Source of the DNA: a virus
Length of the DNA stretch: 40,633 nucleotides
Virus genome (UHGV): UHGV-0140992
Direction: 5' to 3' (one strand)
Shown here piece by piece: positions 8,261 to 16,836 of the stretch (position 1 is the first letter of the stretch; each line of letters begins with the position of its first letter). The notes below the pieces were generated by a model that saw only the letters and a list, made by a program, of their open reading frames with translations, was not told where the DNA came from and did no database searches. The position numbers were made by a program, and so were the translations under genes.

Positions 8261-9736
8261 TTAAGCATAGGGATCGTAATCTGTGATGGCCTTGCCTTGC
8301 TGGTTCTGCTGACCGGGAATTCGCAGACGCTTCGACACAGGGAACGCAAACGTCAGCAGTAGCGCATCGCCTTTACCAGGAGAACGCCCAAGTCGCTCTT
8401 TGATATCTTCCTTCGGTTCGATAACGATTTTACCGTCCACTCGAACTTTGTACTCTGCTGCCGACAGGTCGTCCGCTGTTTCCTGGTCATCCAGCATGCC
8501 GCCCAGCCTCAGCCATGTCTTGCATGAATTGAACATCTCCCCACGCTTGTTGAGCATCTGCGGGTCAGTAGACGCGCCACCGAACGGAACAAGTTGCCAT
8601 GTACGACCCCATCCGTCACCGATTGACTTCAGACCGGTTCCGTAACCGAAGTCGATGAACACCGCGTCAGCCTGATACTGGTCTTCAAAGTCAGCGATAC
8701 GCTTCGCCATAATCAGATCGTCGGTAGTCTTGTTGCCAGTCCACAGCACCTTACTGTGTAGCCCCTGCCGCAGGTATATCACCGCGTCATCAACGCCTGA
8801 ATATGCCGGGTCAACACCGATTATCACCGGAGCATGCGCCACCTGCGCAGCGGTTACCACCCGTTTCATTGCCTCATCAGTAAGACCGGTAGGGATAAAC
8901 TGCAATTCAGATGCATCAGGGAATATGCCGCGCACACGGATTTTAACGAAGTCGCTGTCTTCCCCGTAGTCATCAACCCATTTCTGCAACTGCTGTTTGT
9001 TAGTGCCTTCCACCGTTCGGCTGTCAATCTGCGCAGTTTTCCAGCGGTGTTTATATTTGCGGAAACATTCGCGGAAACGTCCGGTATTACGCGTCGGGTT
9101 TCCGAACGCCACCCAGATAATCTCAGTGTCTTCGTCCGTTAGTGCACCCTCGGCAACTTCCCACACCAGATCCGCAATGTTCGACGCTTCATCGAATACC
9201 ACGATGATGCGTTTGCGCTCGTTGTGTAGTCCGGCGAATGCCTCAGTGTTGTGCTCAGACCAGGGGATTGCGTCAGCTCGCCACCGCTTGTCGTGTCCAG
9301 GATCATTGCTGTACATCGCGGTAGCGGTACAGGTAAACCAGTCTTTCGTGATAGCAAGGTTCGACCACTTGATAATTTCCGGCCAGGTCTTCGTTCGTAG
9401 CTGGTTGTCGGTGTTGGCGGTCACCACGACCTTACAATCCTCGCAAGTGGACATGCCCCAGTTGATCAGCATTGAGATGAATGCGGATTTACCAATACCG
9501 TGACCCGAAGCACGTGCCAGCATAAGCGGCTGATAGCGCGTCTCTGGATTCTGCAGGTGATCACGTATCTCTCGGAACGCATCAGCCTGCCACTGACGTG
9601 GGCCGGTAGCATGTGCCAGTTCAGTCCCCTCTTCCCCCCACGGGAACGCATAGAGGGCATAGCCAAGCGGATCGTGAGTGAACCCTGCAATATCCTCGAT
9701 CAACTGCTCTTCAGGAGATAACGCTGTATCTGTCAC
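8261..9736 (-). CDS. terminase large subunit, 491 aa
   Basis: Walker-A-like GHGIGKS; size; GTG start overlapping the small-subunit stop. Confidence 0.85.
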   Translation of the reverse strand: MTDTALSPEEQLIEDIAGFTHDPLGYALYAFPWGEEGTELAHATGPRQWQADAFREIRDHLQNPETRYQPLMLARASGHGIGKSAFISMLINWGMSTCEDCKVVVTANTDNQLRTKTWPEIIKWSNLAITKDWFTCTATAMYSNDPGHDKRWRADAIPWSEHNTEAFAGLHNERKRIIVVFDEASNIADLVWEVAEGALTDEDTEIIWVAFGNPTRNTGRFRECFRKYKHRWKTAQIDSRTVEGTNKQQLQKWVDDYGEDSDFVKIRVRGIFPDASELQFIPTGLTDEAMKRVVTAAQVAHAPVIIGVDPAYSGVDDAVIYLRQGLHSKVLWTGNKTTDDLIMAKRIADFEDQYQADAVFIDFGYGTGLKSIGDGWGRTWQLVPFGGASTDPQMLNKRGEMFNSCKTWLRLGGMLDDQETADDLSAAEYKVRVDGKIVIEPKEDIKERLGRSPGKGDALLLTFAFPVSKRLRIPGQQNQQGKAITDYDPYA

Positions 9737-10329
9737 TGATTACCATCCTGACGTTCTTTGAGTCGCTTCCTGGCTGCTGCTATGCGATCAGCAATTGTCA
9801 CATTCACATTAACATCCAGACGTTCTTTGAACGCGTTGACATCAACATGCTTACCAATCAGCTCAAGGTTCTTCACCTTGTCAGGCCATTTAATTTTTTT
9901 GAGGATTGTCTCTATCGAATCCTCGTTCATGTTCATGATGGTCGATGACAGATCAAAGCCACTAAGCGTAGTGCGCCAGATTTTCGGCCACTCACGGATT
10001 GGTTTAAGGCTCCCATCGTCGTTGAGGATGTCGATCACGTCCATCTGGTCGATCTCCACCAGGCGCATGAGAACGTAATCAGCACTGACGCGCATTCGTT
10101 TGTTGCGCTCCTCCATCAACTCGGCAATCCGTTTTTGAATGCGTTCATCGCGCATCATGACACTGGCTTTAACTGCCGCTGTATTTGGGGAGAATCCTGC
10201 GTTAATCGCTGCCTGAGTCTGGTTTTCAGGCGTTTTGATGTATGACTGGCAATAAGCCTCCTGCATTGCTGTTAGTGGCTTAAATTGCGTTGATTTGCGT
10301 TTATAGGTTTTAGGTTCAGCAGGCATCAT
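9733..10329 (-). CDS. terminase small subunit (track ORF to 10407; likely start MMPAEPK near 10329)
   Basis: basic/helical protein immediately upstream of TerL; the N-terminal extension in the track is encoded by a DNA tandem repeat. Confidence 0.65.
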   Translation of the reverse strand: MMPAEPKTYKRKSTQFKPLTAMQEAYCQSYIKTPENQTQAAINAGFSPNTAAVKASVMMRDERIQKRIAELMEERNKRMRVSADYVLMRLVEIDQMDVIDILNDDGSLKPIREWPKIWRTTLSGFDLSSTIMNMNEDSIETILKKIKWPDKVKNLELIGKHVDVNAFKERLDVNVNVTIADRIAAARKRLKERQDGNQ

Positions 10330-10336
10330 AACCACC

Positions 10337-10365
10337 GTGGTAATAGTTACCGTTGTGGTAATAGT
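10337..10365. promoter_or_regulatory. tandem GTGGTAATAGT repeat containing operator-type site TTACCGTTGTGGTAA (10347..10361)
   Basis: two 11-bp direct repeats 18 bp apart just upstream of the terminase operon; perfect TTACC-N5-GGTAA. Confidence 0.45.
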
Positions 10366-10372
10366 ACCATGC

Positions 10373-10398
10373 AAAATAAAGCCGCCATAGTTGGCGGC
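10373..10398 (-). terminator. intrinsic terminator
   Basis: gccgcca-tag-ttggcggc hairpin with a T-run on the minus strand. Confidence 0.45.
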
Positions 10399-10439
10399 AG
10401 TATTCAAAACCCATCAAATTCATCATGCATAATCTACTC

Positions 10440-10451
10440 GTGACATGTCAC
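10440..10451. repeat. perfect palindrome GTGACATGTCAC, copy 2 of 3
   Basis: exact 12-mer; overlaps the stop of the 115-aa ORF, upstream of the terminase operon. Confidence 0.6.
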
Positions 10452-10795
10452 ACTATTAATTTCGTTTCATGCCAGCCTTTAGTCACCCAGCATTGCGAGT
10501 CACCATTACACGGGCATGAATTAACTGGAACTCTCTCGCCGCACTTACCGCAACATTTTCTGCTGATCGATTTTATACGCCCGCGCACGCGTGCATCATC
10601 CTGGCGGATCAGTAACGCGATGTACTCGGCCATTTCATAGGGATCGCGACCAGGGCGCCGGGCGGCGCAGTTCCGCGCCAGCATTTCCTGCTCCTGCTTA
10701 TCCAGCACCAGTTCAATTTTGCGCTCACCGGCGGCGGACTGCCGAGCGCGCTGCGCGGCTTTGCGTTCTGCGGGGGATTTAGCCACGAATCGCAC
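10448..10795 (-). CDS. hypothetical protein with C-terminal Cys cluster, 115 aa
   Basis: ORF track; CCGKCGERVPVNSCPC motif; last gene before the late operon. Confidence 0.45.
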   Translation of the reverse strand: MRFVAKSPAERKAAQRARQSAAGERKIELVLDKQEQEMLARNCAARRPGRDPYEMAEYIALLIRQDDARVRGRIKSISRKCCGKCGERVPVNSCPCNGDSQCWVTKGWHETKLIV

Positions 10796-10901
10796 TCCAC
10801 GCCAGATTGATTAATGACTCCCAGGTAATATAAACCCGGATACCAGCAGCCAGGCCGAAACCAATCACCATGGCATAAAGCAGAGCGTTGCACTTGTTCA
10901 T
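10779..10901 (-). CDS. possible small hydrophobic protein, 40 aa (MNKCNALLYAMVIGFGLAAG...)
   Basis: AGGAGGT RBS; start overlaps the stop of the DUF551 gene (TGATG); inner part of track ORF 10779..11048. Confidence 0.3.
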   Translation of the reverse strand: MNKCNALLYAMVIGFGLAAGIRVYITWESLINLAWSAIRG

Positions 10902-11908
10902 CACTTCACCTCCTGCGGCGGTTCTGGTAGCGGCATCCAGAACAAGGCGTTCCCTAACCACGATAAAGTGCCGTCGCTCAACTCCACGTATTCCCCTTGT
11001 ACCTGTCCTGCCATATACTCGCCGTGCTTTGAATAAATTAAAATCCAATCATCTTGAGGGGGCATTCGCTCACTACAGCTTATCCAACCATCCGGAGTCA
11101 CCGGAAGCGAGAACGGCAGCACATCTCTGTGAACAAGTTTTTGCTGTGACAGGTTATCCAGAACTTTCTGTACTGCTGCATCACCGAATACACCAAGCGC
11201 ATCTGCCATAACTCCTACAACCTGATAAGCCTCAGCGCATACCGTGGATAAACCATCCGGAATATCCGGATAGTTGCCTGCCAGTCTACGCAAAACAGCC
11301 TTAACAGCCTCAATACGGTCATCATCGTAACTTTCCGCCGTATCTATGCGGTCGAGCATGATGATTGCGTTATCAATATCAGGATTGCCGGTCCACTCAT
11401 TACCGCGATTGGATTCGGCAGCCTGGTTGCCGCGTACTGGTTGATTGTCGGCTTTACCCAGTCTGTCGTCGCTGCATGAATGCCCTTCCAGCCAGGCCAA
11501 TGCTTGTCGCATGAAATACGCAATATGTTTGCCGTGGTAATCGTCTTCATCGATGTGAAAAGCGATACTACGAATGTATTCAATTGCGTTTTCAATGGCC
11601 TCTAACGCTATCGGCGCTGGCGGAGTGGTATATAGTTTTCGACATTTGTATATCCAACCGGCATGGTCAGGCGTGTCTGTAAAACGCAAATCGTCTTCGT
11701 AGCACTCACGACTACGTTCTTTCCATTCCGTCCACGGAACACCGCTATTCCAGGTGGGGCGAGTGCAGGACTGATACAGAACAGGCTCTGCTTCCAGCGA
11801 TGCCAGAGCAATTTCATAAGCCAGGCGCTCAATATTGTCTCGCACGTCCAGGCTGCCGATTCGCTCTCTGATTTCTTTAATCAGTTCTTTGTCGGTAAAA
11901 GTTGTCAT
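10901..11908 (-). CDS. DUF551-type prophage protein, 335 aa
   Basis: C-terminal region resembles the DUF551 family common in enterobacterial prophages (recall). Confidence 0.5.
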   Translation of the reverse strand: MTTFTDKELIKEIRERIGSLDVRDNIERLAYEIALASLEAEPVLYQSCTRPTWNSGVPWTEWKERSRECYEDDLRFTDTPDHAGWIYKCRKLYTTPPAPIALEAIENAIEYIRSIAFHIDEDDYHGKHIAYFMRQALAWLEGHSCSDDRLGKADNQPVRGNQAAESNRGNEWTGNPDIDNAIIMLDRIDTAESYDDDRIEAVKAVLRRLAGNYPDIPDGLSTVCAEAYQVVGVMADALGVFGDAAVQKVLDNLSQQKLVHRDVLPFSLPVTPDGWISCSERMPPQDDWILIYSKHGEYMAGQVQGEYVELSDGTLSWLGNALFWMPLPEPPQEVK

Positions 11909-11918
11909 GTGTTAGTCC

Positions 11919-12182
11919 TTATCCTGCTGTGCTTTCAACTGATGAGGGGAACAAAATCTTTTCATCAAACCCTGCATTCATATCATGAACAGCAACACAC
12001 CAATCCATTGACGAACGATTATCAAGAGCCTCCATGATTTCATCCATGCGGCGCAGGTCATACAGGTAAATGCTTTTATCGCCAATGGTGTAAAAACCAA
12101 TTTTTTTCGGTGATGGGCAGCGATCAAGAACGTCCTGTAATTCATTCAACCATGCCCGTTCTTTTTTTGTTAAAGTTGCCAT
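11919..12182 (-). CDS. hypothetical protein, 87 aa
   Basis: ORF track; co-oriented. Confidence 0.4.
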   Translation of the reverse strand: MATLTKKERAWLNELQDVLDRCPSPKKIGFYTIGDKSIYLYDLRRMDEIMEALDNRSSMDWCVAVHDMNAGFDEKILFPSSVESTAG

Positions 12183-12183
12183 A

Positions 12184-12714
12184 TCACTCTCCTTTGATGC
12201 GAATGCCAGTGGTACTCATTCTCCTGATTTCCCAGAGCACACGAGGAACACCACCGTTTCCGACCGGATCGCGTTTACTCCGCAGGGCGACGCTTGATTC
12301 CGCCCAGCTTTTTCTTGGAGGAAGCTCTTTCACACGAACAAAACCAGCTGCGCGAAGAGATGCTCCTGATTCATCTGCCCGGGTGTACGTAATACAACGT
12401 TGATAACCCATAGCTTTTGCTGCCCGCCAGACAGCACCATAAAGCGCGCTGTTAGCGTTGCGTTCTCCTGTGGTACATGTGCGATTTACTTCAAGCGTTA
12501 ATCCATCGTCCAAATGTCGTGCAACAGGTCGACCGGCTGTCGCCACACCTATCAATTCTCCGGCATCATTTCTCAGACCAATGCTGAATTTATGCCCCAC
12601 CGGGGGTTTATTGTGTCGGTGATGTCTGGATATAAATGCCTTCGCAACACGAAGAGTAACCGGTGAAATCTGCACTCTCACTCTCCTTTGATACCAATGT
12701 TTACAGTCTGGCAA
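12184..12714 (-). CDS. hypothetical protein, 176 aa (possible acetyltransferase-like fold)
   Basis: ORF track; weak GNAT-like motif; C-terminus IRIKGE matches the neighbouring Ea22-like gene. Confidence 0.4.
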   Translation of the reverse strand: MPDCKHWYQRRVRVQISPVTLRVAKAFISRHHRHNKPPVGHKFSIGLRNDAGELIGVATAGRPVARHLDDGLTLEVNRTCTTGERNANSALYGAVWRAAKAMGYQRCITYTRADESGASLRAAGFVRVKELPPRKSWAESSVALRSKRDPVGNGGVPRVLWEIRRMSTTGIRIKGE

Positions 12715-13406
12715 GCTTCTCTGAGCACCCAGTCAATAGCGTCTTTCCATGCTCCGGTTTCGACTGACGGATTTTCACGCTTAACCTGTTCATAGAAGCG
12801 CACTGCTTTAACCAGTCCTTCCGGTACTACTGGCGATGGCTGTTTAGCTTCTAAATCAGCAATTCTGTCAACCACGGCATCGACAGCATCTGAAAAGCCG
12901 AACCAGTTACTCCACTCCGGTCTGTCCCCGGTTGCTGCAAAGTACATATCAGCTAAAGCAGACTCAGCATGGTCACGCTCATTGATGAGTTGCTCTTCGC
13001 TTTTCTCCAGTTCAGCAATACGATTACTTCCATCCGAGATAACACCTTCGTAATACTCACGCTGCTCGTTGAGTTTTGATTTTGTCTCCTCAAGCTCAAC
13101 ACGCAGCTTCCCTACCGTTAGCGCAATATCCTCGTTCTCCTGGTCGCGGCGTTTGATGTATTGCTGGTTTCTTTCCCGTTCATCCAGCAGTGCAAGCACG
13201 GTAGCCGGATTAGCCTTGGCAACAAAATCCCGGACTGGCTTACAATCAATCTCCGCAATGGGTTGATACGATGTGTAGCCATGCTGTCTTGTATAACTAC
13301 CGTGACGAATAACGAAAAAATCACCATTTATTTTTTTAGCCTGCCACTTATCTTCACCGGCTTTCTCTGCCGCTTCACGCAGTGCATGATAGTTAATTTT
13401 GTTCAC
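12678..13406 (-). CDS. Ea22-like protein, 242 aa
   Basis: coiled-coil-rich protein in the nin/ea region; family assigned by recall. Confidence 0.5.
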   Translation of the reverse strand: MNKINYHALREAAEKAGEDKWQAKKINGDFFVIRHGSYTRQHGYTSYQPIAEIDCKPVRDFVAKANPATVLALLDERERNQQYIKRRDQENEDIALTVGKLRVELEETKSKLNEQREYYEGVISDGSNRIAELEKSEEQLINERDHAESALADMYFAATGDRPEWSNWFGFSDAVDAVVDRIADLEAKQPSPVVPEGLVKAVRFYEQVKRENPSVETGAWKDAIDWVLREACQTVNIGIKGE

Positions 13407-14008
13407 TGGTTGCCTCCTTTGCGAAGCTCTGCGGCAAAGTCAACTAACCACTCGGTCATTTCAACCTTCCCTACCAGGTCTGAACCAGGAAACATACAGC
13501 AATCACTCTGCGCCGCTTTGAAATCCTTATACTCATATTCCTGAGCCACCAGATTTTTTGCAGCTTCTATAACAGCATCCACCCCCTGCGCCCGTACTTC
13601 AGCCAGGAAAGCGTCGGTGGCTTGGGTTTCGATATCGTTAATTTCAGGAAGAATCTCTTCCCATGTAGCGATATCGCCATTCAAATGCCATCCGGCAATT
13701 CCACTGGAGTTATCCGCAACACTGCGAACGGCTTCAATAGTTTCATGCATTGCCGCATTCTCCGCTGCCAGCGCCGAAAACTTCTCGTGTGCCAACTTAA
13801 CAGCCGCATCAGCCTGCTTAATTGACTCAATCGCTTTCTGCTGGTCTTCGGCCAGCGCATTAGCACGCACCAGTTGCACTTCCAGTTGCGTTGCCAAATC
13901 GCTGATCAGCTTTGCCACACTGCGCATATCAACGGCACCACATTCTGCTTTCAGTTCCGAAGCCATCTCATGCCCGGCGGCAACTAACCCTTTGATATTA
14001 CTTTCCAT
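13403..14008 (-). CDS. Ea22-like protein, 201 aa
   Basis: ORF track; acidic coiled-coil composition. Confidence 0.45.
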   Translation of the reverse strand: MESNIKGLVAAGHEMASELKAECGAVDMRSVAKLISDLATQLEVQLVRANALAEDQQKAIESIKQADAAVKLAHEKFSALAAENAAMHETIEAVRSVADNSSGIAGWHLNGDIATWEEILPEINDIETQATDAFLAEVRAQGVDAVIEAAKNLVAQEYEYKDFKAAQSDCCMFPGSDLVGKVEMTEWLVDFAAELRKGGNQ

Positions 14009-14069
14009 CTTTACCCTCGCTTATCCACATAACTTATTGATTACATTGATAACTAAAAAGATCGTCGAT

Positions 14070-14414
14070 TCAGAACTCTTCGATGTTCCAGCCACCACCT
14101 GCTTTCTTTGGTTTAACCGTTACCCCGATGATTCGGAACGGATACTGATCTGCGGCGACTTTGGTTTTCACCCTGGCGTCGTCGGTCCAGAAACCTTTCA
14201 CTTCGTGCAGTTCCATCTCTCCGGTGGCGAGCATCACAGCGAAATCGGGCGTATAGAACGTGTTGTCAGCTAACCGCAGCTTGATACCCTCGAATCGATA
14301 CCAGGCGATTTCCCCTGCACGTTTACGCTGCTCAAGGTGCTGGCAATACGCAGATTCTGTTTTGTTCATCTGGCCTGTTTTGAGTCGACCAAGAGCCTGT
14401 ATCTGTTTTCTCAT
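14070..14414 (-). CDS. DUF1064-type phage protein, 114 aa
   Basis: resembles DUF1064 family (recall). Confidence 0.5.
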   Translation of the reverse strand: MRKQIQALGRLKTGQMNKTESAYCQHLEQRKRAGEIAWYRFEGIKLRLADNTFYTPDFAVMLATGEMELHEVKGFWTDDARVKTKVAADQYPFRIIGVTVKPKKAGGGWNIEEF

Positions 14415-14417
14415 GAT

Positions 14418-14494
14418 TTACCTCTAAGGTAATTGAAAACCATATAAGACACGAAATCAATAGAGTTTAGAATATTTTGTTACCTTGTAGGTAA
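14418..14494. promoter_or_regulatory. two operator-type sites TTACCTCTAAGGTAA (14418..14432) and TTACCTTGTAGGTAA (14480..14494)
   Basis: perfect half-sites, 62 bp apart, between the P-like gene end and the DUF1064 gene start. Confidence 0.45.
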
Positions 14495-14503
14495 TTGTTG
14501 AGG

Positions 14504-14528
14504 CGTAAAAAAATGCGCTATCGCGCTG
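14504..14528 (-). terminator. weak intrinsic terminator after the P-like gene
   Basis: short GCGC hairpin with a 7-T run on the minus strand. Confidence 0.3.
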
Positions 14529-14531
14529 GTA

Positions 14532-15308
14532 TTACTTGATAAATCCTGCCGCCTTTCCCCGCCTGTATTCCTCCATCAGCCACTGCGCCGGTGTTATTCC
14601 CCCAAGGGTGGCGGCGTTAGGCATGCACCCGAAACTTCGCCCTGGTGGATGGTAAACGTCTCTCCCTGTGTCCGGAGGTGTACTCATGGGCTCTGGCTTT
14701 GCCTGTATGCTGATCACCGGATCGGGTATCTGCTGTCCGGAAGCCACCTTTTTCGCCCAATCATCGAGCAGCCTGCGCGCGTGTTTCTCAACCTCACTCT
14801 CGCTAAGCTGGCGCTGATACATTGCACGACGGGTATCACATACGACCCAGTACATAACCGGATGCCGCCACGGGAATCTTTCGGGACCACCAGGATATAA
14901 ACTTTTTTCCTTGCTGTACCGGTGAAACTCCGCCATCACATCGTCAATGGTGACGCCAAGAACCATCTTGCTGTCTTTGCACCACTTGATGAATTGCCCT
15001 GGCGACGGCCAGAACGGAGATTCACTGGCGCGGGCGTGGCGCATACCAGCGTTAACCTGTTCCATTGTAGTGATCCCATTCTCCAGAAACGCAAGCATCC
15101 ATTGCTTACGGAATTCATTAAGTTTGTTCTGCTCCCTTATGGTCGAAACGCTTGCAGGAAATGCAGCCTGTAACTGGACAAATAGTTCATTGAAAATTCT
15201 AGCAACCTGCTCCTTTTTGCCATTGCTGTCACGCCGCTCTTCATGCACAGCAACACCATGCTCACGTAAGCGATCGTACTCATTGAGAAGTTCTGGAGTT
15301 GATTTCAT
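14532..15308 (-). CDS. replication protein P-like (helicase loader), 258 aa
   Basis: clear similarity to lambda P, e.g. FPAS...EQN...RKQWMLAFLENGITTMEQVNAGMR. Confidence 0.8.
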   Translation of the reverse strand: MKSTPELLNEYDRLREHGVAVHEERRDSNGKKEQVARIFNELFVQLQAAFPASVSTIREQNKLNEFRKQWMLAFLENGITTMEQVNAGMRHARASESPFWPSPGQFIKWCKDSKMVLGVTIDDVMAEFHRYSKEKSLYPGGPERFPWRHPVMYWVVCDTRRAMYQRQLSESEVEKHARRLLDDWAKKVASGQQIPDPVISIQAKPEPMSTPPDTGRDVYHPPGRSFGCMPNAATLGGITPAQWLMEEYRRGKAAGFIK

Positions 15309-16110
15309 CCCACACCCCTTCTATCCAGTCAGTGTTATTCCAGTCAAGCTCATCGCTTTTCCCGGCATTTTTTGATTTTCCCCTGATATGATTTACGTGC
15401 CTGGCGAATTTTTGTTCCCACTGAACCTGCGTGAACACTTTGCCCTCAGCCATCCAGTAATCCCGGAATGCAGCAAGTTCAGCAGGTGTAAATTCCGGTT
15501 CCGGCAGGGCCGTTCCCCACAGCGCAGCACGCCGCCGAAAATCTGGCGACGGTAGCCAGCCATCTGTCATCGGAAATTTCCCGATGGGTTCACTCAGGCC
15601 ATCCAGAAATTCAGGTTCTGCCACCTGCAACGGCGTACTGTTCGCTTCACTGGTCGGAGCACCCTCGCGCACGTGCGCTATGTGTGGGGTTTTATATATA
15701 TCTTCCTCTTCCTCTTCCTCTGGTAACTCCTTTTGTAACGCTGTTGGCGTTACTTTTTGCGTTACTCGTTTTCTATGCTCTGCCACTCTTCTATTCGTAA
15801 GTGCACGTTTTTTCGATGATTCTCCATTATGTCGCTCAAAGTTTGGAAGAATTAGTTTGCCGTCATGATAAGCAAGCCATCCGACGCTAATGAGGGCGTC
15901 AGCAAATCCTGTAATAAAAGCGAGTCTATCAAGTACTCCTTTTGTAACGCTGCCAGCGTTACCGTCTATTGTTTGCTGGTCAGCCCATGCCCATATACGA
16001 ACCAGCTTTCCAAGAACAGCATCTGGATCAATACCCAGAATTTCTGCTATCTGAAAAATTTCAGGTTTATCAGGAGTGATAACTTCAACCTTAATCCAGC
16101 TGCTTGCCAT
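15280..16110 (-). CDS. replication initiation protein (O-like position), about 276 aa
   Basis: directly upstream of and overlapping the P-like gene; contains iteron-like DNA repeats; start set at MASSWIKV. Confidence 0.6.
   Translation of the reverse strand: MASSWIKVEVITPDKPEIFQIAEILGIDPDAVLGKLVRIWAWADQQTIDGNAGSVTKGVLDRLAFITGFADALISVGWLAYHDGKLILPNFERHNGESSKKRALTNRRVAEHRKRVTQKVTPTALQKELPEEEEEEDIYKTPHIAHVREGAPTSEANSTPLQVAEPEFLDGLSEPIGKFPMTDGWLPSPDFRRRAALWGTALPEPEFTPAELAAFRDYWMAEGKVFTQVQWEQKFARHVNHIRGKSKNAGKSDELDWNNTDWIEGVWDEINSRTSQ
15728..15965. repeat. iteron-like repeats (candidate origin) inside the O-like gene
   Basis: CTCCTTTTGTAACGCTG at about 15728 and 15946, each followed by inverted GCGTTAC; five GTAACGC/GCGTTAC copies; the two long copies are read in different frames. 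Confidence 0.4.
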
Positions 16111-16303
16111 AGGTTTCCCCTCTTGCACTCTTTAGTGCACAAGCAAATTCATTACGATGGCGGTTGGCGCTATTCATTGCACATTCAACACATGTTCCGT
16201 TCAGAACATACCTTTCAGAGAGATGGCCGTGACGGCACCGCTTTCCTGTGAAATAGCGATTTAACCCGGCTTTTGCGGCCTCCATTCTGGTTACTATCTT
16301 CAA
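16091..16303 (-). CDS. hypothetical small Cys/His-rich protein, 70 aa (cII position)
   Basis: ORF track; between the Cro-like and O-like genes. Confidence 0.4.
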   Translation of the reverse strand: MKIVTRMEAAKAGLNRYFTGKRCRHGHLSERYVLNGTCVECAMNSANRHRNEFACALKSARGETYGKQLD

Positions 16304-16403
16304 TTTTTCCGCCCCTTTTTGTTATTGATATTGACTATTTTGCACAATTGGAAAATTTGATCAACCAGATTTGGTTTTTTATTACCCTTAAGGTGCGAAT
16401 AGA

Positions 16404-16430
16404 TATGAAAAGACCGCCGGATGGCGGTCT
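16404..16430 (-). terminator. intrinsic terminator after the Cro-like gene (tR1-like position)
   Basis: agaccgcc-ggat-ggcggtct 8-bp stem with TTTT on the minus strand. Confidence 0.5.
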
Positions 16431-16451
16431 ACAGAGGGTTGTGGCTGGATA

Positions 16452-16682
16452 TCATGAGTAGAAGAAGTATGCCAGTTCTGCTTTTGAGCGCAGCCATTGT
16501 CTTGTTTTACAGGCTTTAAAAAGCCCATTCATCAATACTTTACCTGGCATTTTGCGCTTGCCTGTTAAGTGAGTCTGGATATAGTGACTCGTCGTTCCGG
16601 CTTCCTGTGCGAAGGCTTCACGCTCATCCGGAGTAAGTGCAAGCCAGTGCTTTTTGAAATCGAAATGTCCGTTATCGCTCAT
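16452..16682 (-). CDS. Cro-like regulator, 76 aa
   Basis: small protein transcribed divergently from the repressor across the operator cluster. Confidence 0.55.
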   Translation of the reverse strand: MSDNGHFDFKKHWLALTPDEREAFAQEAGTTSHYIQTHLTGKRKMPGKVLMNGLFKACKTRQWLRSKAELAYFFYS

Positions 16683-16718
16683 AGCTATTGCCTGATATTT
16701 ATTTCAGATAATAAATAT

Positions 16719-16781
16719 TCACCCATAAGGTAACAAAAATCAAGGATAGTTACCTATGAGGTGCATTTACCTGTTGGGTAA
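16719..16781. promoter_or_regulatory. OR-like operator cluster: TCACCCATAAGGTAA (16719), TTACCTATGAGGTGC (16750), TTACCTGTTGGGTAA (16767)
   Basis: three 15-bp inverted repeats at 31- and 17-bp spacing between divergent Cro-like and CI-like genes. Confidence 0.6.
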
Positions 16782-16836
16782 TATTGCTTTAAATTGAATC
16801 ATCTACTGATTCATATATGAGGCGATTTTCCAGAAA

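Noticed and set aside
10609-11048. Track ORFs 10609..10893 and the N-terminal part of 10779..11048 on the minus strand
   Set aside because: Overlap the 115-aa and DUF551 genes out of frame; only the last 40 codons of 10779..11048, which have a strong RBS, were kept as a candidate.
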